Origin: Rhodosorus marinus CCMP1338
Lineage: Eukaryota; Plantae; Rhodophyta
Direction of reading: 5' to 3'
Assembly (NCBI GenBank): GCA_029953675.1
Contig: JAMWBK010000002.1
Coordinates: 2,976,001 to 3,040,000 of the forward strand
DNA length: 64,000 nucleotides
The translations under genes were made by a program, and so were the position numbers. Shown piece by piece: positions 63,128-64,000 of this stretch. Position 1 is the first letter of the stretch, and every line of letters starts with the position of its first letter. The notes beneath the pieces are model-generated. The model made no database searches. It was not told the DNA's origin and saw only the letters and a list, made by a program, of their open reading frames with translations.

Positions 63128-63228
63128 GTCCCACGTTGCGCACTACGTCCAGCCTTTGAACGACCCCAAATAACAATCAAAATCTCCGTCCCATAACAAA
63201 CTGTCCCACAATTAACATAGTGGGACAG
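63128..63228. promoter_or_regulatory. Candidate cis-element cluster (GTCCCA x4), including a 9-bp inverted pair
   Basis: GTCCCAC at 63128, GTCCCA at 63188, CTGTCCCAC at 63201-63209 and GTGGGACAG at 63220-63228 (10-nt spacer). Confidence 0.4.
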
Positions 63229-64000
63229 CACATGATAATAAAATACCAAAAAAAGGAAATTCTAAATAAACACAAAAAACGGAATGCTATAATTATTTCT
63301 AAACTTCAATATCCTTTACCCAACTGCCCGTACGTGTTGGAATGAAGGAAAAGTGAAAACTCTCTGATTTTAGTGGGATTTTTGAGGGTTTTGGTTAGGT
63401 GACAGTTAAAAGTGATATAAAAGAAATTATCGGAGTTGACAAAATGGACAGGGGGAGGGTTTGGAGGGAAGTGGGGGGGGGGGTTTAGGTAAATGTGGAA
63501 GATGGGGACGGTGATGTGGTGGTGAGAAGGTGGAGAGGCTTTTTGAGTAGGAAGGAGTGGATCTTGGTCTGTCTGAGTTTGGACTATGAGAATTGGAATT
63601 TAGAGATTAGTTGTTTTGTTGCCGGGGGGGGGGCGGGGGCTTGACGAGGCTGTGAGATGGTTGTTGATGAGTTGTTGGAGTGCTTTTGGGTTTGTTTGGA
63701 GGTCCGATGAGAGGTGGTATGAGGAGTTGGATGGCTGGGAAGTGGGGAATGGGTGTGCATGAGATGGGTAGAACTTGAGATTTTTAGGGGTTTAGGGAGG
63801 TTTTGTGGTGGGGTTACGGGGAAGAAATGGAGAGCGGAGGAGAGAGTGGGGCGGAACGGGTACAGATGAGTATGGAGAAGGGATCGGAGCCGAGTGTACC
63901 TTTTCTCTGGAGTTTCGGAGATGAATTTGTAGCGACGATTGCCCTGATTTCGTTGTTTAGAACGTATGTTGATGCACGACCTTCTCATCTTGCTGTTGCT

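Noticed and set aside
63781-63797. TTTAGGG telomere-like/telobox words (also near 36543, 60727 and 63481)
   Set aside because: At most two imperfect copies in G/T-rich DNA, which is expected from composition.
63584-63988. 134-aa minus-strand ORF at the window end
   Set aside because: It is antisense to a G/T-rich leader-type block and is low complexity.

Overview
Gene-dense, intron-rich eukaryotic nuclear DNA, most likely from a unicellular red alga. This is inferred from a nuclear CpcS-type phycobiliprotein lyase, transit peptides with an early Phe (MAFV/MAFL/GFV type), a nuclear nad7 and short GT-AG introns. About 21 protein-coding genes are supported: CAMK kinase (partial), TATDN3-like DNase, adenylosuccinate lyase, RPT6, gamma-tubulin, eEF1B, an LRR protein, a SURP/CHERP-like protein, QTRT2, an orphan, Nup98, TAF11, a USP7/UBP12-like protease, a PPT-type plastid translocator, RPS13, C9orf78/Tls1, TAF1, an mS31-like protein, a hypothetical protein, CpcS, an alpha/beta pseudo-hydrolase, NDUFS2/Nad7 and an HhoA-like Deg protease. 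I found no tRNA, rRNA, CRISPR array or intact transposon, and no clearly new multi-gene system. The best leads are a perfect 26-bp-stem hairpin and a 22-bp palindrome downstream of gene 3' ends, a degenerate ~155-bp tandem repeat, clustered TGTCC(CA) motifs in intergenic DNA, a divergent nuclear CpcS, an animal/fungal-type ADSL with a plastid-like transit peptide, and a probable RGG-rich mS31. Exon boundaries were read by eye and family calls rely on recalled motifs; no database search was run.
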